From assembly GCF_006345805.1 (NCBI RefSeq), contig NC_043018.1, positions 13,020,001-13,084,000 on the forward strand: 64,000 nt of DNA. Direction: 5' to 3'. Both the position numbers and the translations under genes were made by a program. This document shows, piece by piece, positions 24,670-38,214 of this stretch (position 1 is the first letter of the stretch; each line of letters begins with the position of its first letter). This DNA is from Octopus sinensis. Taxonomy: Eukaryota. Below the pieces are notes generated by a model, which worked only from the letters and a program-made list of their open reading frames with translations, was not told the DNA's origin and made no database searches.

Positions 24670-25709
24670 GCTGGTAACGTGCCAAAATAGCTTGTGGTTT
24701 AAGGGCACGAAAATAGAGTTGATTTTACCTCGACTTGCAATCAGGTACCACCAATAGATCATTCAGTGATCGCATGTTGACTTGGCCAATCTCTTCCCAC
24801 CACATCTGGACTCTGCCACTGATCACCTAAAAAGGACTTTTGTTGTTACTTACCGATATGACATCATCTTATCCCTTCTGGTCTTGTGCCATCTCTGCTT
24901 CTCTCTTCCGGTCAATTACCCTTCTACAACACCATACATATGTACCTGATATGATGGCAAATGACTTTCTTTCTCCAAAAATGTCTGAAACACACATCCT
25001 GGATTCCATATGAAGAGCTGAGCCTCCCATTCGTTCACTTTGCCTGACACTCACTATTTTAGGCTAATTTTAATCCAGACGGTCTTTCTCTTTCTAACCT
25101 GACTCAGTAATAATAATATTTACATAAATAACATCATTATTATTTGTACTGCTGAAGGAATTACTATCACAACAGTGGACCAGCGATGTTTGTCAGTACC
25201 AGCCAATCCATTAGAAGTAGATATGCTTACATAGACTCCTACCGATTATAAAGCACAAAGGGGCATAACTGGAATCGTTATTGGTGAAACACTAACCTAG
25301 GAAACTGCTCCAGTACAGAGAGAGAGAGACAACAGGGTAACACCATTAGTAGGAGAGGTAGGGAATGTGAAGGGGTTGGGGGTGAAGTATTGTGTCAGAA
25401 TAAAACTAAGGGATACGAAGCTAAGAGGAGTCAAAGCATTTATGAATATAACAGGAGAAAATGAACAAGTTATAGAAAAAGTAATAATTGAGAAATGAAT
25501 ACAAAGAAAATGAAAAAAGCTGAGGAAGTGTGAAAAGGTTGGATTCTAATAAATACATGAAGTGTTAGGAAACTCTCAAAAGAGAAGTTTCTAGACATTC
25601 CTTTAAATTCTGTTTGGAAAACTTGAAGATCAAAGTTCACAATTTATGCTATGTTGAGGTTATCACTGATTACGATTAAGAAAAAATACATATTCCAACA
25701 CTAAGCACA

Positions 25710-26055
25710 GGCCATGACTGTTGTGAAAAGTTTGCTTCCTAACCATATGGCTCCCAATTTCAGTTCACTGCATGGCCCCTTGGGCATCTTCTTCTATAGT
25801 CCCACAGTGACCAAAGGATTGAGTAGATCTAGGTGTAATCTGAAAGCAGCCTGTTGTGTATGTATACACGTGTGTGTTTGTTTCCTATCCTGACATTGTA
25901 TGATAGTTGTAAAGCGGTTGTGACTATCAAAGATGCAATGGCATTCACTTCTGAGAGGCTTGCTGACAGAAAGGCCCTTCAACCAGAGAAAATCTGCTGC
26001 AATAAATTCTGACATGCCAAATATGGAAAAGTGGATGTAGAAGGACGATGATGAA
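25710..26055 (+). mobile_element. SINE with family A-type head and RTE-LINE-type tail
   Basis: Decayed tRNA/CORE-like head; 3' part (GTAAAGCGGTTG...ACATGCCA...GGAAAA...GATGATGA) resembles 59155-59305. Confidence 0.55.
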
Positions 26056-26089
26056 CGATCATTGTGTATTCCTCTTTTATTTTTTATTT

Positions 26090-26366
26090 ATGTGCCCTTT
26101 CAAGCCTAGCCAGGCTCATGGGCCCGGCTTCCCGGTTCCTGTGGCGTATGCATTCCCCCCAGCTGGACGGGACACCAGTCCATCGCAGCATTACTCAAGA
26201 AACAGGAAGAAAGAGTGAGAGAAAGTTGGGGCGAAAGAGTACATCAGGGGTCGCCACCACCCCCTGCTGGAACCTCATGGAGCTTTAGGTTGTTTTTGAT
26301 CAATAAACACACACAACGCCCGGTCTGGGAATTGAAACTGCGAGTCCACTGGGCCATTGTACCTCC
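26090..26366 (-). mobile_element. tRNA-derived SINE, family C variant
   Basis: Shares its head with 36310-36686 (CCCAGACCGGGCGTTGTG..GTTTATTG...TAAAGCTCCA.GAGG). Confidence 0.75.
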
Positions 26367-28111
26367 GTATTCCTCTTGGGTATATCAAAAATGACATTAT
26401 TTAATGTTAAAGTTGAATCATTAGGGATCAGCTGTTTTAACCCTAAAACAACTTGGCTTTCTCTGCAGCTTTACTTGCAAACTAAATTGCCGCCTTCTTT
26501 GTCTTACCCTATAAAACCCAATTGGTTTAGGACTTTGAAGAGGAGGTAATCAGTAGGGCCTCAACAACCCACCACTATGTAGGCTCATACACTTTCCAGC
26601 CATTTCTCTGCCGGTTCTTTTACATTACTTCTCGTTGGCTTCTTCAATATTCTCTTCTCAGAGCAGTTTTAGGCAGGGGGGGGGGAGGAACTTGTGAAGA
26701 ACTAAAGCAGCATTAAAAGCAACAATTACCATTGGGATAAAATGGAAGATACATAAAAGAGAGAAGTAAGTGTGTAATTCCTTTCTACAGGTAGGTAGAG
26801 ACACTATAAGTGTTTTGGTATACGGTAGCAAGCCCCCGACTTAGAGACTCCGGTGGGTTTTAAGTGGAAGGAAGAGTTTGTGTCAAGAATAACAAAAGCA
26901 AGAACAGATGTCGATAATCATAAACGAAATACTTTAATGAAAGAAATTGATTCTTTTGAGTATTGCATAGAATATTTTTTAACTGGAGGAAAGTAAAACA
27001 AAAGAAAAAAACCTCAAACCTTTATCATTAAAGCTGGTAGAAATTAAAATAAAAAAAACTAAAAAGTTAAAATCAATAAAATATCAAAATAAATTACCAA
27101 AAACCAACTGTATTCACTTAAGGAAAGTCTATTCACAAATGATACTTTCGCTAAATATCTCATTTCAATGTAAAAATAAATATCAACATACTTCTAGAGT
27201 TTACCACTTTATATATATATATATCCTTTTAATTTCTTCAGGGCAAATGCCTCTGAATGTGCTTGTAAAAGCTCCTATGCTGCTTCTTCTGGTCGGCTAC
27301 TGCCTGCTGTTCCCATCTTCCCGAGTGGGATGTTTATATATGAACTCCTTACAATTTAGGATAACATTGGTCCAGCAAAAAAACCATTAATATTAAATGC
27401 CTGAAGAAGCATCTACATGGAATAAAGATAGGCTCAAGATCCATAGATATATTGTTTAATAATATCCTATGGATGTGAGAACAGTCACAAATATACATGT
27501 GCTATGTAGAAACATATATTGCAAGGCATTAATAAAGTAGAAAAATTTCCATCCACAAATCATTTTCGTTATTACTATATGTGTGTATGTGTGTGTATAT
27601 ATATATATTATATATATATATATATACATATATGCACAGATATACATGTTGAATATGTAGGGAAAAATACTCAATACATATTACCAAGTTTAATGATTCA
27701 TTGTTACTACTGTTTCACTGCCTCTGCACAAGTGATGCAAAAGTGCAACGAAAAGTGCAAGTAAATCCTCAGCTCCAGATTATTATTATTATTGTTATTA
27801 CTGCTGTTCTAATTTAGGCACAAAACCAGCAGTTCTGAGAAGAAAAGCAGTTGATACCATCAGCTCTCTCCTCCAACTCCTGTACTTGACAAGAACTTCA
27901 AGGGAAAATTTGACTTTGGATTCAAATTCTTTATGTTCTAAGTTCAAATCCTACCACGGTCAACTTTACTTTTCATCCCTGCAGGGTCGATAAAATAAAG
28001 ACCTAGTTAAGCACTGGGTCCGCCAGTATCGACCAACACCTTCTCAAAGTTGCTGGCCTTGTGTCTAAATTAGGAACTATATCACTACACATGCTACTAT
28101 TACTTTATTAC

Positions 28112-28148
<37 letters not shown>

Positions 28149-30540
28149 CCGTCAAGTGATGCACGTAATTCAAGGGGTAAGAGTTTCATGCACTGTACTT
28201 GTCAAGTTTAGTATGTGCAACACATTCTTAGCCACTGAGTCACATGTATATTTGCAGCTGAATAACAGGTATATATGTATATATGTATATACATACACAC
28301 ACAAAAATTCTACATTTGTATATTGAGTGCTATTTCTGTTTGTCCATCAAACTATACATTTGTATGTATATATGGATATACTAATATGCCTATACAAAAA
28401 GAAGCTTTGCAAAATAATACCAGTGTGTATGTATGTATATATATAATAAAAGAAACATGACTCTCATCTTCAATTAAAAATAATTCAAATTTTACAATTC
28501 ATACAAAATTGCTTTTTTTTTCCTCTTTTTTTATGACAAAATTACAGAATAATTTCAGTGACATTTTGTTGTTTGCAGCTACTCAGATGAACAAAAGTGT
28601 GTGTGTGTGTGTTTTATTGATTCAGTAAGCATGTGTGAAGAAAAATGTAGAAAGAAAGACAGACTAAGTATTTCAGTTTGGAAAATTCCATTTGGTAATT
28701 CTCCAAAGATTAAATGATTTCTTGATATAATTTAAGTGTAAGAGTTGTGGGTTTTCTTCAAAAGAAAACCAGTCGTACAAAACATACATTTGATTGGGAA
28801 GGCAATAAGTTTCAAATTAGATTACAATTTGCAATCAATATACACACAGTATGAAAATAATATAAAAAAAAAAAACTAATAATAAATGAAATCCGATATT
28901 TCCAGCAGAGAAAAAGCAGGAATCCAGTTATTTTTCTAGTTGTGTTTTACTTGGTTTGTTTTTATTATTATTATTATTCAATATTTTATTTTTTGCTTCA
29001 GTTTGAAATTCTTGTAGTTCAGCTTTTTTAATAGTTTCACCAACATTATATTTGAATTTGATTTTTGTTTTTTGAGTTTTGTTTGTTTGTTTTCGCCTTC
29101 AGATTTCAAGACAGCATAAGTTAGGAATCACAGAAAAATAGGCCAAAGAAGAAAATTAGTGGCAGTGATTGTGGATTGGTGGAGAAACATTTTTGTTTTT
29201 TTATTGATAATAATAACAGAATTAAAAATCAAAATAAATAATAATTGGAGAGAACTGGCTTTAAATATTGGGGAAGTTATCCCTCTTATGAAAAGGATGA
29301 TCAAAAGATTTACTCCACTGATGGTGGGGGAGGGGGGAAAGAGGCTAAACAATATTAAATAAACCCTCAAGTAAATGTTTAATACCATGTTGCAGAATCA
29401 TGTATAGATATATATGCATGTGTATGCACACGCATCTTAACAAAGTGCCTTTATTTGTCTTGGTCTTGTTTCAGTCTGCCAATAACTGACCATTGATGGT
29501 GGAGAAGTAAAAGAACAGGAACATTTAAAATACATGTCTCCTTATTACTCAATGAGGGTAAACTAGCAATCTAAGAGAGGATGTTGAGATCATAAGATTT
29601 TGGAGGAAAAAAAACCATTCCCAGAAGAAAAATAGAGAAACAAAAGTAGTCAAATGTTGTAAATATGGGGGCAGGGGAATTTAAAAAAAAAAAAAAACTA
29701 CTTTTAGGAAACTTAACAAAAAAAAATAAAGTTTCACAAGAAATAGTTTTATAATTTGTATCGAACAATGAAAATAGTGAACAAGAAACTTATTGAAAAC
29801 AGTCAAAGAAATGTTTGGTAACCTTTGTTAGCCTTAAAGGTTTCCAAAGAAAAGAGTTAAGCAAAACATGATACACAAAATTAGAAGAGAAAAGAATATT
29901 CTAATTAACATCTGGAGAAACAAAATATCTCTGTTGGAACTTTTGGAAAGTTGGACACATAGATGAGCATTAGACAGGTAGACAGGTAGGTAGGTGGGGC
30001 AAGCCAGAATCCTATTTATCAATGACAGAAGCATCATCATCCTCATTCATTCACCTTCCATATTGATAGGAGTCAGACAGTTTAACAGGATCCAAAGTCT
30101 GTTTGGAAAGGTTTTTGTAGCTGAGTGACTTGCTTAATGCTAACCACAGAAGACAATATTGGTTTCTCATTTCAGCACAAGGACAGCAGTATCAAGGAAG
30201 GGGCCAAGTCGTTAACCACAGTGATCAACTGGTGCTTGTCGACTCTGAAAGGATGAAAAGTCAAGTGAACCTCAGTGGAATTTCAATTCAGAATGTAAAG
30301 ATGGACAGAAAAGCTGCTAAAAATTCTGCCAGCTTGCCCCCTTTTACAGACGCCAATCTTGATAGGAGCTCTCAAAAGGAACTGTTATTATGAATCGCCC
30401 GTTTGATATATCAGCCTCAATCTCCCTCAACAAACTGTTCACTCTTTTACAACAAAAAGGAATGGTTTTCAAGAGTTTAATTTTGAAAACTTTTCATTAC
30501 CATATTTCTAATGAATTACACTGCCTTCATTTCAATTAGG

Positions 30541-30865
30541 TAAGCGGAAAGTGTAACCTCTCGAAAGAGCTGTTCTTCACTCCTGCTCCAGAGCGTTGGC
30601 TGCAGGGTCATTCCGAAAAGCTCTACCTGTGACAATTTCATCTCAATCGAAGGAGAGGAGCTTTCTCCGTCCGGGTTGCGGATCCGTGGAACAAGCTGCC
30701 AGACGAGATGGTGAAGATGCTGACGACCGCTTTGTTCAAAGCCTCCCTTGACCTCAAGTGGCCTGAAATCTTTACATGAACACTACCCTGTACTTAACTC
30801 CATGTTCCCCTACATGGCCTTGCTTTTTGCTTTTGAGCCAAAAAATTAACTAACTAACTAACTAA
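30541..30865 (+). mobile_element. CR1/L2-type LINE 3' end
   Basis: GHSEKLYL.QFHLNRRRGAFSVRVADPWNKLPDEMV (RGH..KL...F+.RV...WN.LP signature) and a (TAAC)n tail. Confidence 0.85.
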
Positions 30866-32985
30866 GTAAATTAACCTTGTCATTATTAAACTGGTGTTTG
30901 CAAATGAACATGAAAGTTTAGATCACTTTAAATACAAAGCTTGTATCAAAGAACTGTATTAGAGGTCTCAAGCAGGCTTAGCTCAAGCGGAGCTGACACT
31001 AACCCTGTGGTGGTGAGCCTGGGGTTATTGTAATATGACAATAACATCACCACTGCTCTCGACGAAACTACATTGACCCAAAATGCTACATTATCAATAC
31101 TAATAATTATACAAAAGACAAAGAATTCTAGCAACAAGTTGTCGAAACAGAGGGAGAATGACTCATAATTATGAGGCTAATGAGGTCATCTATAAAGTGA
31201 GAAACAAACAACCAAGAGGCCAGCAGATTGTATCTTCTAAATGGTAGCATGGTGTAGCCATGGACAAAATACTTAATTACAAAATGAATTATCCAACTTA
31301 AACTAGAAAACAGGCCTAACTAGTGGGGGAAATAACTTATTGATGTAAGCAACAACAGCTCCATAAAATAGACAAATTGTTGGTTAGCTTGTAGTGCCAA
31401 GTTCAATTTGCTCTGTAGTCTGTTGAACTAATCCAGTATCTAGTTACCTGACAAGGTCCCTAAATCACGGACCTTTTCTTAAATTTTCTTTTTAGAAGAC
31501 AACATTATCCAATTTGCCCTTTATTTAAAACAATGTGATATTTTAAGGAGAGCTGAGTACTATTTCTAGCAGGTCGAGCACTGATGTTGAGGCTCAATAG
31601 GAGCTTCGTTTGATAGTTGGTCTATGTGTAAACAACCCATACACCACGCTCATCCAGCACAAGCAAGTGGACAGCTAATGAAGATTGCCTGCCCACACAT
31701 ACAGACATTATATATATACACACACACACACACAAAGCTAAATATAAACACAATCTTCTTATAAAATGTATATTTACAGGAATATATATCAACACAGGTA
31801 AACAAACTCAAAATGTTGCCAACACAAACTAAAATAATAAAATATATAAAATTAAATTGAAATAATTCTGCAAGTAATAGAATTGTCAATCAACAGGAAC
31901 ATGGTTTGAATCTCTCTGAGTTCCTTTAAAAAAATTGTGACCGATGCCACGTTTTATATACCTCACCCTCCAATTTATTACACAGAGAATACCTTGGTCT
32001 GCTTAAAACATTGTACAAGTCCCCTGCCTAGAGTGCTAATGATCTCTTACAATTAGACAAGGACAAATTGTAAAAAAAAGGGAGAGGATATGGTATATTG
32101 AACTGAATCCCCTCAGTATATAACTGGTACTAGTTTCACTGACAGCTTTTCTGGGAAGAATAAAAGATGAGATGGATCAAACTGGATCCCCTTAGACCAT
32201 TGACCCACCCAGTCCACTGTTCCATTAGTCTGTCTGTCAAAGCACAATATAATCTCTTATATAGGTTACAAGGCTTCTGGTAAAATAAAAGAGACAAAGA
32301 GAAATAAGACTGTGTGATGTTCATGCCTTTCTTCAAGTGAAGGCTATGCAATTTTACCTGACCTTTTCGTCCCTTCCAAATCAAAGGAAAAACATTGTAT
32401 TGGTTTGTTGGTCGATTGTTATATCCTGTCGGAACGAGTAACAACAGAATTGTCAACACCACACTACAAAAAGGAATGTTGAAATACCACCAAATAATAA
32501 TAATAATAATAATAATAATGCCATTCCAGAATCACCACCACCATCATCATCATAATAATAATGACTCAAAGTGCACTGGTTTTATTCCAGTTGCTATTTT
32601 ATAAACTTGAGTTTTGTTTGACCCAGACGGAACTGAAAACAAATATAGAAGGGGGGGGGGGAGACATACCAATTAAAATAGAAGTAACCATGAAATAAGA
32701 ATCACTAAAACTCCATCATCATCATCGTACCATTACAAGTAATTGCTGAAATAGTTGTTAGAACAGCTTTGTCTAAAATGCCAGTTCCATTTATTTATAA
32801 AGAATCCATGCAATAGAAAAGGGGGGGGGCGTTTTAGGAAAATAAGGAATTTTTTTTTAATGCATCTATTTAATAAATAAATGTTAATAACAAAAAAGGA
32901 AGGGGTATATAAGTAGACTGGAACATTGCATGCACACTGCATATACATGCACAAATATATATACAAATGCATAGAACCATATATT

Positions 32986-33192
32986 GGTACTACTTCAGAA
33001 GAGTGGTCCCGGTGCGCGATAGCTAGTCGTGACTAGTCGATCCTACGACTTCCTAGCAAAGTAAATAAAACACAAAATATTTTTTTTACACAAAGTAAAT
33101 AAAATACAAAAACACAAAGGATCGACTAGTCACGACTAGCTAGTGCGGATGCGCGACTACGCGCAACGGGACCACTCTTCTGAAGTAGTACC
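32986..33192. mobile_element. ~207 bp MITE-like inverted-repeat element
   Basis: GGTACTACTTCAGAAGAGTGGTCCC pairs with GGGACCACTCTTCTGAAGTAGTACC; TAGCTAGTCGTGACTAGTCGATCCT pairs with AGGATCGACTAGTCACGACTAGCTA; AT-rich spacer. Confidence 0.85.
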
Positions 33193-34900
33193 CATACATA
33201 TATATATACATGCATACACATACATATTTATACATACATACACACACACACACATGTACACAATGATGACTACAATTGCGGCCACGGAAATATGAAGCAC
33301 TGAAGAGGGGGGGGTTGAAATAGAGAAAACTGACTAAAACCAAACCCGTCCATATTTCGTCACCACCATCGATGTGGTGGTAGTATTAAGGTGAGACGAA
33401 ACAACGGATTGTCTGTCAGCCGTTCTTCTTCTTTGAAAGGAAAAGCAGTTCGGTGAAGTGGAGAAGGGTTGTTTGTAAATGAATCACAGGAAGAAGAGAG
33501 CAAAATATCATCTAAACACAGGTGAAGAGGAATTTTCTTGAAATAATAAAAGGGGGGGGAAGACGGTGGTGGTGGTGGTCATGGTGGAGGCATTCATTCA
33601 AGATTATCATCAAATTTTTAAATGGAAAGAAAAAAAAACTATAACAAAAAGATTAGGTATGAAACTGAATAAATAAATATCAAAAAAACTATTCGTAATT
33701 CCTCATGAATAAAAGAAAAGTCAAAATAAACCACAGACAGTTTCTTCTTTTGTTATTGCCAAATTCCTTGCAAGACATTTGTGCCAGGCTGACCAGAGAT
33801 CGCTTTACACTTTGGTCGTTCACTTGTTTTGGTCCCAACGTTCTTCCATAGACTTTTCACATTATTTACTATTATTATTATTGCTAAGTAAATAAACTTT
33901 TTTTTTTTCTTTTTTAATTATTCTCATTAAGAAAAGAGATTTATAACAATATTAACTATTATCATCATCATCATCATTATTATTATTAATTTCTCTTTCG
34001 TATAATTATGGATGGGGCTTTTTTTAAAAAAATAAAAATGTCATTTTTCAATCCTTTTTTCAATTCCACGTTTCTCTGAGAAAGAAACACGGTTGAAGAA
34101 ATCCAATTCTTTGCGTCTTTCAATTTCCTCGTTTCCTTTTGCTTCGTTTTTCATTTCTAATTACAACAGAATGTGGCATTTGAGAGAAATAAATACATTT
34201 TTAAAAACATCCTTCGTCTTTCAAAAAGTGCAAATGGACGAACTTTTTGAGTCAGAGTCTCTGCTGCTGTCTTTTTATGTCTTTCGTGTCTTCTAATATC
34301 TTTAAACCCCGACCATAACAAACGTGCGCTCGGGGGGATATTGGTTGGTTGGGGTTTCATTAATCTTGCCTTGCTTGCCACACGAAGAACGTCTCAGAAA
34401 CACAGATTTCTCAGTTTTGTTTTACTTTGTGAGTGTAAAATGTCTGATGGAGGGCGAGCACTCACGCATTCCAGATATCACGCACACACACACACACGTA
34501 TCTATATATAAATATGTGTGTGTGTGTGTATACAAATATTAATGTGTAATATATATTATATACACACACACATATATATATATAATATATATACATACAT
34601 AAACACACACTAATATGTGTATACAGATAGGTAGGAAGCGTCAGCTATGTAATGATAGAAGAACTAAGAGGTTGCGACATTCATGCCTTCTTACATGAGC
34701 ATTTAGTGACGAAGTAAAAAACAGTTTCCAGCATAAAAATGTGTGTGTGATATATATATATATACATATATATATACATATATATATATACATATATAGT
34801 ATGTAGGATAGAGTAGCGGAAGGTGTTGAATAGCCAGCTTATATATTCCCGTTCAATTTGCGAGAGACGGAACCCATTCCAACGGCGACCATCACCAACC

Positions 34901-35269
34901 TTAGCAGCTGTCGTTGTTGCTGATATATTCCTCGAATCCTTCGCTCTCCGTCACCAAAGCTCGCTCCAGGATCACACGACCCTCCTTGTACCTCTGGCTT
35001 TCCTCGGTGGCGAACTCGTACACCCACCCGAGCTTCGACTCGCAGTTCTTGCAGGACACATCGCGCACCATATGGCGTCCGGTCAACATCACTCTGTCCT
35101 GCACCTCGCTGTAGTTGAGGTTCACCACCCGGTTGAAGAGAAAAGCCCTGCCCGTCGCTCCTGTGAAACGGGTAGATATTAACTCGGAACGGTTGGTCAG
35201 CGGTGTGTCGCAGCTGGCACAGGAGAAGAGCCTGGTGCCTCCAATGTGACGCAGAAACACGCGACCCAT
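34901..35269 (-). CDS. YPEL5: Protein yippee-like 5 (Yippee/YPEL5, CTLH/GID-associated zinc-binding protein), 122 aa, intronless CDS
   Basis: [45 protein letters not shown]...[45 protein letters not shown]: two CxxC motifs, closely matching YPEL5 as I recall it. ATG at 35269 in GCAATGG context, TAA at 34901-34903. Confidence 0.97.
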   Translation of the reverse strand: MGRVFLRHIGGTRLFSCASCDTPLTNRSELISTRFTGATGRAFLFNRVVNLNYSEVQDRVMLTGRHMVRDVSCKNCESKLGWVYEFATEESQRYKEGRVILERALVTESEGFEEYISNNDSC

Positions 35270-35960
35270 TGCCGTGGATAGAATAGGCGAAGCGAGAGGA
35301 GAAAAAACAAGACCGAGGAGGTCAAAATACGAGACAGAAAAACAGGGAGTTAGGAGGGGTGTGTGTGTGTGTATAATCAGAAATGGAGAGAGGTGTATGA
35401 ATATATATGTATGTATGTATGTATAGACAAAAAAATATACTGGACAGAATGGGAGGAACAAGGAGATGTGTGTATATATGTATGTATATTGTGAAAAGAG
35501 AGGAATCAGAGAAGCAAGGATGGGTTGGGTGTGTGCGAATCTGTGGTTAAAAGATTGCTGGGTAAATAGAGAGGAAAATAGATGGAACTGAGTAAGGATG
35601 GGGTGGGGCGAAAGATGCAAGCGAAATCGATGAGCAGAAGAGATAAATATGTAGAAAGAAAAACAATGGTCGGAGCCTCGTCCACTTCTTTTCCTTGTTT
35701 CGCCTTATTTCGCCTTATTCTTGTCTCTTGGTGTTGAGCAGTGTCTGCATTTTCCTGGTTATTTTTATTCCTGGTTCGTCTGTCGAGAAAAGATGTTGTC
35801 CGATATGAGATGTGAACAATGGTAAACGATGGAGACCAGCCCTGGATCCGCCTCCTGGCTTTGGTCGGAGCATTCAATCGTCGACGGAAAGGAAAGGTTT
35901 TCTTCTGTGCGAATCCGAGAAGCGACTTCGTTGCCTTTTCAGGGAAAACCAAAACATTTG

Positions 35961-35972
35961 TGACGTAAACAA
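35961..35972. promoter_or_regulatory. Overlapping CRE-like (TGACGTAA) and forkhead (GTAAACAA) motifs upstream of YPEL5
   Basis: TGACGTAAACAA in a CpG-rich, repeat-free segment ~700 bp upstream of the ATG. Confidence 0.35.
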
Positions 35973-36252
35973 GACAGCGAAAACGAGGCTCGGTCAACAG
36001 CAAATGTTATGGAAGACCATACACGACGATCACGTCGCAGTCGATTTACCAGTTGAACAAGTGAGAGCGAACACAATTGACCATAACCCTCCTCCAAACA
36101 TTTCAGGCCTTCTTCCTAGAATACAAACAATGATTGTTATTGTTTCCTGGATATTTTCTTAAATATTTCGTTTAGATCTAATACCGCCTGAACGGTGTAT
36201 GATATTGTTTTTTTTTTAATATAAAATACTTAATCGTCGTGTGTATACACAC

Positions 36253-36309
<57 letters not shown>

Positions 36310-36315
<6 letters not shown>

Positions 36316-36686
36316 TGGAAGCACTCCGTCGGTAACGACGATGAGGGTTCCGGTTGATCCGAATCAACGGAACAGCCTGCTCGTGAAATTAATGTGTAAG
36401 TGGCTGAGCACTCCACAGACACATGTACCCTTAACGTAGTTCTCGGGGATATTCAGCGTGACACAGAGAGTGACAAGGCCGGCCCCTTGAAATACAGGTA
36501 CAACAGAAACAGGAAGTAAGAGTGAGAGTAAGTTGTGGTGAAAGAGTACAGCAGGGATCACAACCATCCCCTACCGGAGCCTCGTGGAGCTTTAGGTGCT
36601 TTCGCTCAATAAACACTCACAACGCCCGGTCTGGGAATCGAAACCGCGTGCCCGCTGCCCTAACCACTGGGCCATTGCGCCTCCAC
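36310..36686 (-). mobile_element. tRNA-derived SINE, family C, flanked by (TA)n
   Basis: Minus strand GGAGGCGCAATGGCCCAGTGGTTAGGGC...GGTTTCGATTCC (A/B boxes); related copies at 26090 and ~16395-16660. Confidence 0.85.
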
Positions 36687-37029
36687 TTATATATATATAT
36701 ACACACCTACATACATATATATATAGAGAGAGAGAGTGAGTGAGAGGAAAATAAGTTCAGTATAGATAACAGAGTAGTGCTCAACTGGATATAAACTTAA
36801 ATTTGAACTTCCTTTTTTAAGGCCGGCCACAGAGCAGAGAAAATGAGCTTAAGAGCAATCCTAATCTAGCTATTGGACGTAGCAAGGTTGATATACACCA
36901 TTAGGTTTAAGGCATGTATTTACGTGAAGCACAAAATACAGAAAAAAGGTAATGAAAAATATTTTGTAATGACTTAGCTCAACAGCTGTTCCAAGAGGCC
37001 AAACTTATGTAATAACTGTATTCACAAGT

Positions 37030-37540
37030 CTTCTTCTTCTTTTTTAATCCCTAGCTGGCGACCGGAGGGGCAGGCTGTCCTCTCCACCAAACCCTGTTGT
37101 AGGTGCCGCTGGATGATGGACTCTGGTGATGATGCTATTCCATGCTTTTCGATGCATGGTGCTGCAACTTCAGGTATTTTTCAATTTGTTTCACTCGTGT
37201 CTTCTTTGGTTTGGTGCGCTGGATTCTCTAGTACGAGGGTCGCTGCCGCCACAAAAGTTGGTGTGGTAGTCTTCTGGAGCTCATCTTGCAGACATGGTCA
37301 AACCACTGTAGCCTGCAGTGCCGAACTTTGTCTTTAGTGGTCAGCTGCTGCTGGCATTGTTCTCGGATGTTTAAGATTCGGTCGTGTAGAGACACACAAA
37401 GGATTTGACAAGGACACCGCATTTGGAACATCTCCAGCTTGTTCAGGTCTAGTTTGAGGATGGTCCAGGTCTCAGTGGTAGAGAGGAAGACAAGCAGAAC
37501 CAGCGTCCGGAAAAGACGGTGAGATGTGAATGATGTCATA
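37030..37540 (-). mobile_element. RTE-type LINE 3' fragment with (GAA)n tail
   Basis: ETWTILKLDLNKLEMFQMRC..QIL.VS..DRI.N...RLQWFDHVCKM..RRLPHQLL. Confidence 0.85.
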
Positions 37541-37663
37541 GGTGTGTAACCAGTGAAATTATTTAAGTAACCTTTACCTATTTTTCTTTATTTTATTATC
37601 TGTATTTTGTTTTTCATGTATATGTCTTAAGCCTGTGTTTATCTACCTTACCCTCTCTCACTG

Positions 37664-38026
<363 letters not shown>

Positions 38027-38214
38027 TATATATATATATATATATATATAACAAAGTTATTTTATTCCACACGAGTAGAAATATAGGAAAATATATATAT
38101 TATCTTTTATTTCTTTCAGTCATTAGACTGTATCTATGCTGGGGCATTGCCTTGAAGAATGTTAATCGAATGAATTGACCTTTGCACTTAAATTCTATTT
38201 TTAAGCCTGTTGCT

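Noticed and set aside
24670-25600. Possible Penelope GIY-YIG 3' remnant (also 52570-53360)
   Set aside because: Only faint motif resemblance; no coherent peptide or complete hammerhead core could be reconstructed.
35270-35620. N-terminal extension making YPEL5 a 239 aa ORF
   Set aside because: Starts at a non-ATG codon and is low-complexity UTR; homology begins at MGRVFL (35269).
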